64,000 nt of DNA from NCBI GenBank assembly GCA_963657455.1, contig CAVKMU010000005.1:23949-87948 (forward strand), written 5' to 3'. Under the pieces are notes generated by a model that was not told the DNA's origin, ran no database searches, and saw only the letters and a program-made list of their open reading frames with translations. Source of the stretch: a bacterium. Lineage in GTDB: Bacteria; Bacteroidota; Bacteroidia; Bacteroidales; Tannerellaceae. The position numbers and the translations under genes were made by a program. Each line of letters starts with the position of its first letter. Positions within the stretch are counted from its first letter, which is position 1. Below are positions 1 to 11,854 of this stretch, piece after piece.

Positions 1-22
1 TTTATTAGAAAATCCATTGATA

Positions 23-1102
23 TTAATGTTTTGAGTTCATTTCATTTGTGCGCAACAATACATTGTGCCGTAGATGGTCGCCATAGAAAAAAAGCTCTTG
101 CAAGTGCAAGTTTCCTACCGGGAACAGGCTTTGCAAGGCTTCAAGAAAGTAGCGTTGCGGATCAATTCCGTCGACAATGAGGACATGATGCTCAGGGTCA
201 ACACTCACCGTGACCGGAGTGTTGGCATCATTTGCCACGACTGCCGTCCCATAAGGGAAGCGGTTATCATCTGCTTTGGCGGGCTGCCCCACGGCAAGGA
301 GTACGGCCGGAGTGGCAGCGGTTGTCCAAGAGAGAGGATTGATGCATGCGATATTGTCCTGACATAACAACGGGCAGATGGCACTTGTTGTTGTGACACT
401 GTTGAAGTTGACGGTCACCCCGCATGCGATGGAGTCCTGCGCCAATCGAATATGTGATGTATGATGGCCCGCTTGGGTTATCGTGTCGTTGGCCGTAATA
501 CCGAAGCCCACCACATAAGCAGCAATCAATCGGTTGTAGGTCTCGTCGTCCATGTGCTTCAACACCTCTGTCACCATCTTTCCGCCTTGGCTATACCCTG
601 CCAATATAAAGGGTCTTCCATTGTTAAAATGGTTCAGGTAGTGATCAAAAGCCTCCAGGACGTCGGCCGTAGCTATCTTATAAGCCTCAACCGATGCCTC
701 ACCTTCGAGGGCACCAAACGTAGCCTGCCGATAGTAGGGCAAGAAGAGATTGGCTCCGGTGGCGAAAATGGTATCGGCCAACTCGGCAGAAAGCCTCCAT
801 GCCTCGAGATGGTCGGCCCTTGTCGGGTCGGCATTGCCATGTTGGTTGCCCTCTTCGTCTGTCCAAAGTGAGACGCATGTCGGCAACAGATAGAACACAT
901 CCGGTCGGGTGGCATCGACAGAAGCAAGGCGCGCTTTGCCGTCATACCACAAAGTACTGTCGGCCCAGTTGAGCGAAGTATCGTCTGTCGGTTCTTGGTC
1001 TGAGTCGTTTGTCGGCTCGTCTATATTCGTTTTGCAGCAAGGCAACAAGACGAGTGCCCATAAGAGGACGAATAAAGAATGCTTTAATTTATACATAATC
1101 AT
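23..1102 (-). CDS. DUF3089-like alpha/beta-hydrolase lipoprotein
   Basis: Signal peptide ending LLPCC; motifs DVFYLLPT, PYYRQAT, GRPFILAGYSQG (GxSxG), CINPLSW, LH..E..F. Start moved from the ORF-track 1231 to ATG 1102 (1096 possible) because a minus-strand TAnnTTTG box lies at 1229-1236. Confidence 0.75.
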   Translation of the reverse strand: MIMYKLKHSLFVLLWALVLLPCCKTNIDEPTNDSDQEPTDDTSLNWADSTLWYDGKARLASVDATRPDVFYLLPTCVSLWTDEEGNQHGNADPTRADHLEAWRLSAELADTIFATGANLFLPYYRQATFGALEGEASVEAYKIATADVLEAFDHYLNHFNNGRPFILAGYSQGGKMVTEVLKHMDDETYNRLIAAYVVGFGITANDTITQAGHHTSHIRLAQDSIACGVTVNFNSVTTTSAICPLLCQDNIACINPLSWTTAATPAVLLAVGQPAKADDNRFPYGTAVVANDANTPVTVSVDPEHHVLIVDGIDPQRYFLEALQSLFPVGNLHLQELFFYGDHLRHNVLLRTNEMNSKH

Positions 1103-1262
1103 AGTTTTGTGTATTATACTACTATATAATGTTTCGATTGTCATTATTTCTTTCCTCTCATTTTTTCTCCGATAATTCCTGCTGTTACATTTTATCGAGC
1201 CGAAAAGGAGAAATATGACAAGGCGGGACAAAGGTACAAATAAATCAGAGACTTAAAAACAG

Positions 1263-1390
1263 CTTCCGATGATTCTGACAACCATTCGGGTATTGCCAAA
1301 AAATTTCTCCCGAGATGATGGCAGTTAATTCGGGAGAAAACCGGAGTTTCATGCCGAATAAACTGCAGTTTTATGCCGAGAAACTTTTTG
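1263..1390. repeat. 22-bp lattice repeat array A (palindromic-linker type)
   Basis: 7-mer cores at 1263 CTTCCGA, 1286 TCGGGTA, 1307 CTCCCGA, 1330 TCGGGAG, 1351 ATGCCGA, 1373 ATGCCGA; linker AAACTGCAGTTT at 1360-1371. Confidence 0.85.
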
Positions 1391-1478
1391 GAAACTCTGC
1401 TATTATTTTTCACAACATGGGATAGTTGTGGAAGAATGGTCGTCAAGAAGAGGTTGTAAAGATTATTTTTTAAGGAGA

Positions 1479-1510
1479 TTTGGCAAGATGAGATAAAATC
1501 TCTAACTTTG
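1479..1510 (+). promoter_or_regulatory. Bacteroidetes housekeeping-sigma promoter of pyrG
   Basis: TTTG (1479-1482), 20-nt spacer, TAACTTTG (1503-1510); matches the -33/-7 consensus TTTG-N19-21-TAnnTTTG. Confidence 0.75.
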
Positions 1511-1528
1511 CCCTTTTGATTCAGATAG

Positions 1529-1590
1529 CGTTCAAAAGTACGTTTTTTTCCGGCAATTTCCGGCCGGCGAAGAGTGTACTCGATTGGATG
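1529..1590 (+). promoter_or_regulatory. long hairpin in the pyrG 5' leader (candidate cis-regulatory RNA)
   Basis: 1537-1554 pairs with 1563-1580 (17 of 18 positions, 4 G-U); outer stem 1529-1535 with 1584-1590. Confidence 0.5.
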
Positions 1591-1623
1591 AATTGAGACA
1601 GAACAATATTAAAAGACAACTAA

Positions 1624-3246
<1,623 letters not shown>

Positions 3247-3254
3247 TCGGAAGA

Positions 3255-5183
3255 ATGGATAAAAACACAATCATAGGTTTTATACTTATCGGTGTCGTTC
3301 TCTTCGGATTCAGTTGGATGAATCGTCCTACTCCGGAGCAAATCGAGGCGCAGCGCCACTATCAAGACTCCATTGCTCAAATCGAATTGGCGGCACAAGC
3401 CGAAATGGAGAAGCCAACGGCCAGTCCCGCCGATGCATTGGCCGACTTGCCCGACTCGATCCGTACCGCGCAATTGCAAAACAGCTTCGGAGCATTTGCT
3501 TCGTTGATGAGCGGAAACGAGGAGTATGTGACATTGGAAAATGAAAAGGTTGAAGTAAAACTGAGCACCAAAGGCGGACGCGTAGTAGAAGCTACGCTGA
3601 AGGAATACGACAACTACAAAGGTGAACCGATCGTATTGTTCACGGAAGATAAGTCTGCGCTCAACTTGACGCTGATCACAGCGGCCAACCAAATGGTCAA
3701 TACCGGCGATCTCTATTTCACACCGGTGAAAGGGAAGGAGGCCAACAGCCTGACGATGCGTCTGCAATTGAGCGAAGGTCGTTCGTTGGATTTCAACTAT
3801 TCACTGACCGCCGACGACTACAAACTGGATCTTGCCATCAAAGCAAACGGATTGAACGGCATCTTGTCGCCGAAAGCCAATACGCTGAACCTCACTTGGG
3901 AGCAAGACATCCTTCAGCAAGAGAAGGGACGCAAATTCGAAGACCGTTACGTCGAACTGCACTACAAGCTGTGGGGCGACGACGAAAAATACATGAGTGC
4001 ATCCGGAAATGCTGAAAAGACTCCGAAAGAGACACTGCAGTGGATCGGCTACAAAGACATGTATTTCTCTACCGTGTTGGCAGCCAAGAAGGGATTCAAA
4101 GATGTATCGCTGAGTTCGAAATCGAACCCGACCGGCGATTATATGAAGAGCTTCCGCTCGACAGCTTCCATCGATTTCGATTTGTTGGGCAACCAACCGA
4201 CCGAATTGGAGTACTATTTCGTACCGAACAAGTTCGCGATGCTGAAGAAGTACAACAAAAATTTGGCAGACGGACAAGAGAAACCTCACATGGAGAAGCT
4301 CGTTCCGCTGGGATGGGGCATATTCCGTTGGGTGAACCAGTTCTTCGTCATTCCGATGTTTGACTTCTTGGGCAAGTTTATTTCCAATTATGGTCTGCTG
4401 ATCTTCATCATGACGGTAATCGTGAAACTGATTCTTTTCCCGCTGACATACAAGTCTTATATGTCGTCGGCCAAGTTGCGCGTACTGCGTCCTCAAGTGG
4501 AAGCGATCAATGCCAAGTATCCCAACAAGGAACAGGCCATGGACAAACAGCGCGAAATCATGGAACTCTACAGCAGAGCCGGAGCCAGTCCGATGAGCGG
4601 TTGCTTGCCAATGTTGCTGCAGATGCCGATCTTGATTGCGCTATTCATGTTCTTCCCGTCAGCCATTGAGCTGCGTCATCAGAGTTTCCTATGGGCTCAA
4701 GACTTGTCCACCTACGATGCCGTCGTCAGTTGGAATGCACAAATACCTTTGATCTCCACATACTTTGGCAACCACATCAGCTTGTTCTGTCTGTTGATGA
4801 CCATCACCAATATCGCTTATACGAAGTATAACATGGAGATGACCAACACCGGTCAGGAGCAGATGCCGGGAATGAAAGCGATGATGTACATGATGCCGCT
4901 GATGTTCCTGTTCATTTTCAACAGCTATGCATCAGGTTTGACCTACTATTACTTCATCTCTACGTTGATTACTATCGGACAGACTCTCTTCTTCCGCTAC
5001 TCTGTCAACGAAGAGAAGCTGTTGGCCAAACTGGAAGCCAACAAGCGCAAACCGATGAAAAAGTCAGGTTTCATGAAACGCTTGGAAGAGGCCCAGAAGA
5101 TGCAAGAAGAACAATTGAGACGTCAACAGGATCAATTGAAACACCAACGCGAAGAGCGTCAGAACAAAAAGCGGAATGCGTAA
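3255..5183 (+). CDS. yidC: membrane protein insertase YidC
   Basis: N-terminal TM, periplasmic domain, GWGIF, SGCLPMLLQMP, FLWAQDLS, GLTYYYFIS. Confidence 0.96.
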   Translation: MDKNTIIGFILIGVVLFGFSWMNRPTPEQIEAQRHYQDSIAQIELAAQAEMEKPTASPADALADLPDSIRTAQLQNSFGAFASLMSGNEEYVTLENEKVEVKLSTKGGRVVEATLKEYDNYKGEPIVLFTEDKSALNLTLITAANQMVNTGDLYFTPVKGKEANSLTMRLQLSEGRSLDFNYSLTADDYKLDLAIKANGLNGILSPKANTLNLTWEQDILQQEKGRKFEDRYVELHYKLWGDDEKYMSASGNAEKTPKETLQWIGYKDMYFSTVLAAKKGFKDVSLSSKSNPTGDYMKSFRSTASIDFDLLGNQPTELEYYFVPNKFAMLKKYNKNLADGQEKPHMEKLVPLGWGIFRWVNQFFVIPMFDFLGKFISNYGLLIFIMTVIVKLILFPLTYKSYMSSAKLRVLRPQVEAINAKYPNKEQAMDKQREIMELYSRAGASPMSGCLPMLLQMPILIALFMFFPSAIELRHQSFLWAQDLSTYDAVVSWNAQIPLISTYFGNHISLFCLLMTITNIAYTKYNMEMTNTGQEQMPGMKAMMYMMPLMFLFIFNSYASGLTYYYFISTLITIGQTLFFRYSVNEEKLLAKLEANKRKPMKKSGFMKRLEEAQKMQEEQLRRQQDQLKHQREERQNKKRNA

Positions 5184-5225
5184 GCATTACTCTTGAGATG
5201 AATGACCATTCATCTCGTCTTACAT

Positions 5226-5268
5226 AAAAAAGGTCGGCATGATTTTCTTTTTTCATGCCGACCTTTTT
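5226..5268 (+). terminator. intrinsic terminator of pyrG-yidC
   Basis: AAAAAGGTCGGCATGA / TCATGCCGACCTTTTT perfect inverted repeat with T tract. Confidence 0.8.
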
Positions 5269-5312
5269 CCTTTTTCATGCCCATGATTTTTTTGATTCAT
5301 GCCCATGATTTT
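5234..5312. repeat. 22-bp lattice repeat array I
   Basis: Cores 5234 TCGGCAT, 5255 ATGCCGA, 5277 ATGCCCA, 5299 ATGCCCA (21/22/22 bp); TTCATGCCCATGATTTT occurs twice. Confidence 0.8.
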
Positions 5313-5428
5313 GGGAGTTGTTCAAGTGTTCCTTTCGTGAAGCATCTTAAAATCTTGCCCCTTAAAATGCTCATTTTTGCCTAACAAATATTACCTTTGC
5401 AGCGTTTAATCAAAAAATTTTACCGAAA

Positions 5429-6049
5429 ATGAAAAGAATGATTTTTAGCTTATGCTTAGTGATGTTGATGGGATTCGAGATGGATGCGCAAGCTCAATCA
5501 TTAAAAAGTATCTTGTCTTCTTCTACCATCAAAAATGCGGTGAACGCTATCACCGGCGGACAAACGGTTTCTACAACAAATATCGAAGGAACATGGACCT
5601 ACTCCAACCCGGCTGTTGCCTTGGAAGGTGATAATGTGTTGAAAAATATTACGGGAAGTGTAGCTGCCACTGAGATTGAAAAGAAGGTACAAACTTACTG
5701 CGAAAAGTTCGGACTAAAAGAGGGAACGATGAGTTATACCTTTAATACAGACAGTACATTCAAATGCATATACAAAGGAAAAACGATCAATGGTACTTAC
5801 TCTTTGAATCAAAGCGACAAGACCATCACCATGAACTTCGGCAAATTATTGAAACAGTCTGCCATCACCTCCATCACCGGCAACGTATTGCTCAGCAACA
5901 ATCAGTTGGATCTCCTGTTCAATGCAGACAAGATGTTCTCCTTGTTGAGCAAACTCTCTTCTATTTCCAACAACTCAACCTTAAAGTTGGCTAACAACTT
6001 GGCTTCACAATACAAAAGCATGAAGGTTGGTTTCGAACTGAAGAAATAA
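5429..6049 (+). CDS. exported DUF4923-like (lipocalin-like) protein
   Basis: Signal peptide; [26 protein letters not shown] motifs typical of this Bacteroidales family; TACCTTTG box at 5392-5399. Confidence 0.7.
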   Translation: MKRMIFSLCLVMLMGFEMDAQAQSLKSILSSSTIKNAVNAITGGQTVSTTNIEGTWTYSNPAVALEGDNVLKNITGSVAATEIEKKVQTYCEKFGLKEGTMSYTFNTDSTFKCIYKGKTINGTYSLNQSDKTITMNFGKLLKQSAITSITGNVLLSNNQLDLLFNADKMFSLLSKLSSISNNSTLKLANNLASQYKSMKVGFELKK

Positions 6050-6062
6050 TAAAAGACAGCCT

Positions 6063-6668
6063 ATGCTCCTCCCCTATTTGCAAAAAGGACGAATCGAAGC
6101 AGGCTGCGACGAAGCAGGACGCGGATGTTTGGCAGGGGCTGTTTATGCAGCCGCTGTCATCTTGCCGCCCGACTTCGAGAACGAACTGCTGAACGACTCC
6201 AAACAATTGAGCGAGAAACAACGCTATGCCTTGCGGCAAGTCATCGAACAAGAAGCCGTTGATTGGTCTGTTGGCATTGTATCCCCCGAAGAGATTGACA
6301 AAATCAACATTTTGAATGCCTCTTTTTTGGCCATGCACAGGGCCATCGCTCAGCTGAAAACAGTACCGGAGCACTTGTTGATTGACGGAAACCGCTTCAA
6401 TCCATACCCTAATATTCCGCATACGACCATCGTCAAAGGAGATGGAAAATATCTATCCATTGCGGCTGCATCAATATTGGCCAAGACCTATCGAGACGAT
6501 TACATGAACCGTTTGCACGAAAAATTTCCTTATTATGACTGGGATCACAACAAAGGTTACCCGACAAAGAAGCATCGTGCAGCCATCGCCCTGCATGGAA
6601 CGACCTCTTATCACCGTATGAGTTTCAACCTGTTGGGCAACGAACAGCTTACATTCGATTTCGAATGA
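6063..6668 (+). CDS. rnhB: ribonuclease HII
   Basis: [42 protein letters not shown]. Confidence 0.97.
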   Translation: MLLPYLQKGRIEAGCDEAGRGCLAGAVYAAAVILPPDFENELLNDSKQLSEKQRYALRQVIEQEAVDWSVGIVSPEEIDKINILNASFLAMHRAIAQLKTVPEHLLIDGNRFNPYPNIPHTTIVKGDGKYLSIAAASILAKTYRDDYMNRLHEKFPYYDWDHNKGYPTKKHRAAIALHGTTSYHRMSFNLLGNEQLTFDFE

Positions 6669-7899
6669 ACGGAATGACGAAAAGCAGCGGTAAGCAGCAT
6701 ACCATCACCCATATGAAAAAGTACTGATAACCGATCTGTTCCTGAATCCATCCTGAAACCATACCCGGCAGCATCATGCCCAATGCCATAAAGCCTGTGC
6801 AAATGGCATAGTGAGATGTCTTGTATTCACCCTCTGCAAATTGCATCAAATACATAGTGTAACCTGTAAAGCCAAACCCATAGCCAAACTGTTCGATCGC
6901 CACACAACTATTAACTATCAGGAAACTTTCCGGCAAAACATAAGCCAAATAGAGATAAACCAAGTTAGGCAATGAAATGGCCAATGCCATAGGAATGATC
7001 CAACGCTTCAAACCATTGCGGGCAATGCAAACGCCCCCCAGAACACCGCCCAGCAATAAGGCAACGACTCCTACCGTACCATAGACGAACCCCACCTGGC
7101 CGGTGCTCAATCCCATGCCGCCGGCCTCTGCTTTATCCAACAAGAATGGTGAGGCAAGTTTCACTAATTGTGATTCACCCAAGCGATACGTCAACATAAA
7201 AATAAGGGCCGGAACAATGCCCCGCTTCCGAAAGAAGGAGATGAACGTCTGCAAGAAATCGCTCCACAACGTGCGGACTGTCACATCTTTACGCAATGCG
7301 TCAGCCGCAGGCTTCGGGAGTATATATTTGTGCCACAGCGCCAAACCGATGAAAAGACCTGCCATAAGAAAAAAGATCAGGCTCCATGCCAAGGGAATAT
7401 TCCCCAGCCGATGCTCCAAAAGTCCTGCCAACATCACCAACAACCCTTGGCCCGTGATCATGGCAACGCGATAGAACGTGTTGCGGATTCCGATGAAAAA
7501 GGCCTGCTTCTCTTCGGTCAAGCCCAACATATAAAAGCCATCCGCGGCAATGTCATGGGTAGCCGAACTGAAAGCCATCAGCCAAAAGAAGGCCAATGTC
7601 GTTTGAAAAAAGGTATCGCCCGGCAAGACGAAGGCAACACCTGCCAAGGCGGCGCCGATCAACAACTGCATGGTGTAGACCCACCATCGCTTTGTTTTGA
7701 TCAGATCGACAAATGGACTCCACAAGGGTTTGATAACCCAAGGGAAATAAAGCCAACTCGTATAGAGTGCAATCTCTGTGTTCGATACTTCCAACCGCTT
7801 GTACATAATGACAGAAAGCGTCATCACGGCTACATATGGGAGCCCTTCGGCAAAATATAAAGAGGGGATCCAAGCCCAAGGTGTTTTTATATTTTTCAT
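6649..7899 (-). CDS. MFS transporter, AmpG-like
   Basis: About 12 hydrophobic segments; [29 protein letters not shown]. Confidence 0.85.
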   Translation of the reverse strand: MKNIKTPWAWIPSLYFAEGLPYVAVMTLSVIMYKRLEVSNTEIALYTSWLYFPWVIKPLWSPFVDLIKTKRWWVYTMQLLIGAALAGVAFVLPGDTFFQTTLAFFWLMAFSSATHDIAADGFYMLGLTEEKQAFFIGIRNTFYRVAMITGQGLLVMLAGLLEHRLGNIPLAWSLIFFLMAGLFIGLALWHKYILPKPAADALRKDVTVRTLWSDFLQTFISFFRKRGIVPALIFMLTYRLGESQLVKLASPFLLDKAEAGGMGLSTGQVGFVYGTVGVVALLLGGVLGGVCIARNGLKRWIIPMALAISLPNLVYLYLAYVLPESFLIVNSCVAIEQFGYGFGFTGYTMYLMQFAEGEYKTSHYAICTGFMALGMMLPGMVSGWIQEQIGYQYFFIWVMVCCLPLLFVIPFIRNRM

Positions 7900-7915
7900 C
7901 TGCTATTCCTTTCTT

Positions 7916-8698
7916 TTATTTCAATGTAAACGCATCCGCATCGCTTCCGACAGGGAATTTCCGCCTAAAGGTTTCCAACTCACCTTTCGACAGCAAAGTA
8001 GTCTCGGCAAACAGTTCTTCATTGCCGGCATCCAACAACACCTTCCCTTTGGGTGAATAAACGACTGAGTCGCCACGATATGGGAAGCCTTGTCCATCAA
8101 CGCCCGAACGGTTGACACCACACACATAAGCTTGATTCTCAATAGCACGCGCCATCAGTAACGGTTTCCATACGGAAGCGCGAGCTTCAGGCCAGTTGGC
8201 CATATACAAAGCCAAGTCGTATGCGGCCCCGACATTACGACTCCACACCGGAAAGCGCAAATCGTAACAGACAAAAAGAGCTATGTTCCATCCGCGGTAA
8301 GCAACGATTGTCGGCCGTGTACCCGGCGTATAATGTTTGTTTTCTCCTGCCATACTGAACAGATGGCGTTTATCGTAGCAGGAAATATTGCCATCAGGCT
8401 CGACAAAGAATGCGCGGTTATAGTAGTGTTCTTCCTCTTCGGCAATAAAGCTGCCCGCCACAGCCAACCCATAAGTAGCGGCCCAACGGCGCACAGCCGT
8501 CATGGTTTCGCCCTCCATCGTATCGGCCAATCGCTGCTGAGCCATTGAGAAACCTGTTGTAAACATCTCGGGCAATATGACCAAGTCGCTGACACCGGCC
8601 AACGAAGCCACCTGCTTCTCGAAAAAATTCAAATTGGCATGTCGGTCTTCCCATACGATGGGTGCCTGAATCATGCTTATTTTCAAATCTGATTCCAT
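7916..8698 (-). CDS. carbon-nitrogen hydrolase (nitrilase family, YafV/omega-amidase-like)
   Basis: Glu-Lys-Cys triad: LPEMFTTGF, YDKRHLF, CYDLRFP; ARAIENQ. Confidence 0.9.
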   Translation of the reverse strand: MESDLKISMIQAPIVWEDRHANLNFFEKQVASLAGVSDLVILPEMFTTGFSMAQQRLADTMEGETMTAVRRWAATYGLAVAGSFIAEEEEHYYNRAFFVEPDGNISCYDKRHLFSMAGENKHYTPGTRPTIVAYRGWNIALFVCYDLRFPVWSRNVGAAYDLALYMANWPEARASVWKPLLMARAIENQAYVCGVNRSGVDGQGFPYRGDSVVYSPKGKVLLDAGNEELFAETTLLSKGELETFRRKFPVGSDADAFTLK

Positions 8699-8904
8699 AA
8701 ATTTTTTTCATCATATAGACAAGACTGCTGTCTGATACGCTGAGTGATCATTCCATAGATATGAAATGTTTACTCAAACCGAACGTATCGAAACAGTCCA
8801 TTCGTCGGTTGTTCATTATCAGCATTCCTCTTCATCGGAAACATTGTTGAATCATATATTCTTGTTGTACATCAACAACTTATAATCCCATTCCATTCTT
8901 CTTG

Positions 8905-8990
8905 AAAAACATGGGTGTTCCTGATCAAAAACACGGATATTTTTCAGGGAAAATACGGGTGCTTTTCAAAAGAAACATCCCTGTTTTTTT
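8905..8990. repeat. 22-bp lattice repeat array F (degenerate, A/T-tract linkers)
   Basis: Cores 8911 ATGGGTG, 8933 ACGGATA, 8955 ACGGGTG, 8976 CATCCCT (22/22/21 bp), each preceded by an A run and mostly followed by a T run. Confidence 0.65.
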
Positions 8991-9125
8991 CAGACAACCT
9001 ATTGGGTATTTTCCCGATACTCTTTTCCCGATAAAAAAGAAGTCCATCCCCCTCTACCTTCATCAAGAAAGAAGAGAAAGATGGACAAATGTAAAATTTT
9101 TAATTCAAATAAACAAGAGATCTTT

Positions 9126-9671
9126 TTATCCGCCAAAGTTTTCCGGATGGCACCCTTTAATATCCTTATAATAAGAACGGATCTCTGCAATATCGTGCTC
9201 AGCATCGCCCGTCGGATGGAACACTTTTAAGATTCCTACCTCTTTTTTTGCATAATCAAAATAGGCCAAAAGGATGGGAACTTGTGCTTTCAGCGCAATA
9301 TAATAGAAGCCGCGCTTCCATTCATCCACTTTTTTGCGCGTTCCCTCGGGTGTGATAGCCACCTGAAAGCGATCGTGCGAGTGAAACATTTCGGCCACCT
9401 GATCTGTCATCGACGTATGACGTCCGCGATCAATGGGGATACCGCCCATACTCTTGAACATCAAGCCCAACGGAAAGAAGAACCATGCTTTTTTCATCAA
9501 GAAGCCGGCCGTCAATCCGATCGAGGTATACATCAATTTACCGACAACAAAATCCCAATTACTGGTGTGTGGAGCGACACAAATCACACATTTCTTCAAC
9601 TCCACCCCCTCGGCGACCCCCAATTTCCACCCGGCCACATGCAGGAGAAATTTACAAATTTGTTGCTTCAT
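9126..9671 (-). CDS. 1-acyl-sn-glycerol-3-phosphate acyltransferase family protein
   Basis: HxxxxD motif PHTSNWD, ITPEGTR, GFYYIA. Confidence 0.88.
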   Translation of the reverse strand: MKQQICKFLLHVAGWKLGVAEGVELKKCVICVAPHTSNWDFVVGKLMYTSIGLTAGFLMKKAWFFFPLGLMFKSMGGIPIDRGRHTSMTDQVAEMFHSHDRFQVAITPEGTRKKVDEWKRGFYYIALKAQVPILLAYFDYAKKEVGILKVFHPTGDAEHDIAEIRSYYKDIKGCHPENFGG

Positions 9672-9679
9672 TCCAAGGC

Positions 9680-9961
9680 TTACTTGTTCAACGATGCGAT
9701 TTCGTCAGCAATGGCATTTATTTCTTGCTGAAAATCGGCTTTCAGTTTCTTGTAATAAGCCTTTACCAAAGCCGGATTCTTACCGCCCTCAGCACTGACA
9801 CGACCCACATATTCGTCTTGCACATCCAAGATACGGGCCAATAATTTTTCGGCTCTCTCTTTGTCTGTGCCCGGAATATATAGTGAGCTAAACAACGTTT
9901 CTGCGAACAAATCGCCAACGGCATAAGCAATCTCTTTCTTCAATAATCTTCTTTTTGCCAT
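9680..9961 (-). CDS. small helical hypothetical protein
   Basis: 93 aa, ATG after an A/T-rich leader, minus-strand TAGCTTTG box at 9987-9994, 8 nt upstream of the acyltransferase. Confidence 0.75.
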   Translation of the reverse strand: MAKRRLLKKEIAYAVGDLFAETLFSSLYIPGTDKERAEKLLARILDVQDEYVGRVSAEGGKNPALVKAYYKKLKADFQQEINAIADEIASLNK

Positions 9962-10112
9962 ACTCTTTTAATTTTATGAATTTGTGCAAAGCTACAAATT
10001 TTAAGGTATAAATCAACCCATCACCTATAAGAAAAAGAAGAAAAAAGAGTACCTTTGCAGCCGAATAGCAAGATTGTTACGATTTTCACACAAGAAAAAA
10101 CAAACAAAAAGC

Positions 10113-11780
10113 ATGACGAATGTAAAAGATATGCCTGATTACACCTTCGAAAGCAGTTGGGAAGTTTGTAACAAAGTGGGCGGAATATACACAGTGTTGT
10201 CGACAAAAGCGAAAACACTACAGCAACTGACTCCGGACAGAATCATTTTCATCGGGCCGGACGTGTGGGCTGGTGCTGCACCGGCCGACTTCAAAGAAGA
10301 CAATTCCCTATTCAGCGACTGGAAAGCTGAGCTTGAACGCACAAAAACATTGAACGTCAAAATCGGAAGATGGCAAGTACCGGGTAATCCTCCTGTTATT
10401 TTGGTGGATTTCAAACCTTTTTTTTCAGAGAGAGATGCCCTGTTTTTCACCATGTGGGAACAGTTTCAGGTCAACTCGCTGCATGCCTATGGCGACTATG
10501 ACGAGTCTTGCATTTTCGCTTATGCCGTCGGAAAAGTAGTAGAAAGCTTCTACCATTTCTACCATTTGGAGAACAAAAAAGTGGCAGCCCTCATGAACGA
10601 GTGGATGCTCGGCATGGCAGCCCTCTATATTCAAAAGCAATTACCGAAAGTGGCTACCTTGTTTACGACACACGCCACGTCGATCGGCCGCTCCATCGCA
10701 GGAAACAACAAGGCACTCTACGCTTATATGGATGGCTATAACGGCGACCAGATGGCCCATGAACTGAACATGGAAGCCAAACATTCGATCGAAAAGCAGA
10801 CTGCACACTATGTCGACTGCTTTACGACCGTCAGCGATATCACAGCTCGTGAGTGCAAACAACTGTTGGATAAGGAGCCGGACATCGTAACCCCGAATGG
10901 ATTCGAGCCGACATTCGTCCCGACGCGCTTCGAACACACCAAGAAACGGGCCGAGGCTCGCAATACATTGATCAATATGGCCGAGAAAATGTTGGGCTAT
11001 TCGATCGATCCGGACGTGATGCTCGTCTCTACCAGCGGACGCTATGAGTACCGCAACAAGGGAATCGACGTATTCATCGAAGCGATGAACCGCATCCGCA
11101 CGTCCGTACGCCTGCAACGTGAAACCATTGCCTTCATCATGGTTCCGGCTTGGGTGAAGGAAGTTCGTTCAGACTTGCAGAAGATGATCGAGACAGACTA
11201 TCCGAACAAGGAAAAAGCTCAGTGTCCGTTCATCACACACTGGCTCAACCAAATGCACGAAGACCGTGTGCTCAACTATATTTTCAGCGCCGGATTCAGA
11301 AATGACAAGGAGGACAAACTGAAGATCATCTTCATTCCTTGCTATTTGAACGGTCACGATGGTATCTTGAACAAGAGTTATTACGACATTTTGATCGGTA
11401 TGGATGCCACTGTCTATCCTTCTTATTATGAACCATGGGGTTACACTCCGTTGGAAAGTATCGCATTCGGCATTCCGACCATCACCACCAACTTGGCCGG
11501 CTTCGGCTTGTGGGCACAGAAAGCCGGCGTGTCAGGAAAGGATGTAAAAGAGGGTGTGGCCGTTATCGAACGCACTGATTTCAACTACTTCGAAGTGGCC
11601 GATGCGATTATGGAGCAGATCCTCGCATTGTCTGAAGCAACCGAAAAAGAGGTGCAAGAGATCAGAAACAACTGTTTTGCCCTTTCACAAAAGGCAGAAT
11701 GGAACCGATTCATCACCTATTACCAGCAAGCTTTCAGCATTGCCATGGAAAATGCTGAAAAAAGAAATGCAAAACAATAA
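10113..11780 (+). CDS. glycogen synthase, GT3 (eukaryote-like) type
   Basis: [53 protein letters not shown]. Start moved to ATG 10113; TACCTTTG box at 10050-10057. Confidence 0.9.
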   Translation: MTNVKDMPDYTFESSWEVCNKVGGIYTVLSTKAKTLQQLTPDRIIFIGPDVWAGAAPADFKEDNSLFSDWKAELERTKTLNVKIGRWQVPGNPPVILVDFKPFFSERDALFFTMWEQFQVNSLHAYGDYDESCIFAYAVGKVVESFYHFYHLENKKVAALMNEWMLGMAALYIQKQLPKVATLFTTHATSIGRSIAGNNKALYAYMDGYNGDQMAHELNMEAKHSIEKQTAHYVDCFTTVSDITARECKQLLDKEPDIVTPNGFEPTFVPTRFEHTKKRAEARNTLINMAEKMLGYSIDPDVMLVSTSGRYEYRNKGIDVFIEAMNRIRTSVRLQRETIAFIMVPAWVKEVRSDLQKMIETDYPNKEKAQCPFITHWLNQMHEDRVLNYIFSAGFRNDKEDKLKIIFIPCYLNGHDGILNKSYYDILIGMDATVYPSYYEPWGYTPLESIAFGIPTITTNLAGFGLWAQKAGVSGKDVKEGVAVIERTDFNYFEVADAIMEQILALSEATEKEVQEIRNNCFALSQKAEWNRFITYYQQAFSIAMENAEKRNAKQ

Positions 11781-11854
11781 TGTGTGAATCTGATAATTAT
11801 CGTATCTTTGCAGAAAATTTAAACAAAAAAAAGAATTACATAAACTTAAAAATA

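Noticed and set aside
1192..1446. ORF-track ORFs crossing the arrays (also 5202-5384, 8902-9171, 17934-18209, 50257-50487, 58416-58685)
   Set aside because: Shared peptides such as KLQF or VFSR are simply translations of the DNA repeat. A 22-bp period is not a multiple of three, and several of these ORFs overlap promoters or terminators.
6649..6668. 20-nt convergent overlap of rnhB and the MFS gene
   Set aside because: Short tail-to-tail overlaps are common and both proteins look complete.
8700..8900. Possible sRNA or small ORF upstream of the nitrilase-family gene
   Set aside because: No convincing stem, terminator or coding signal found by eye.
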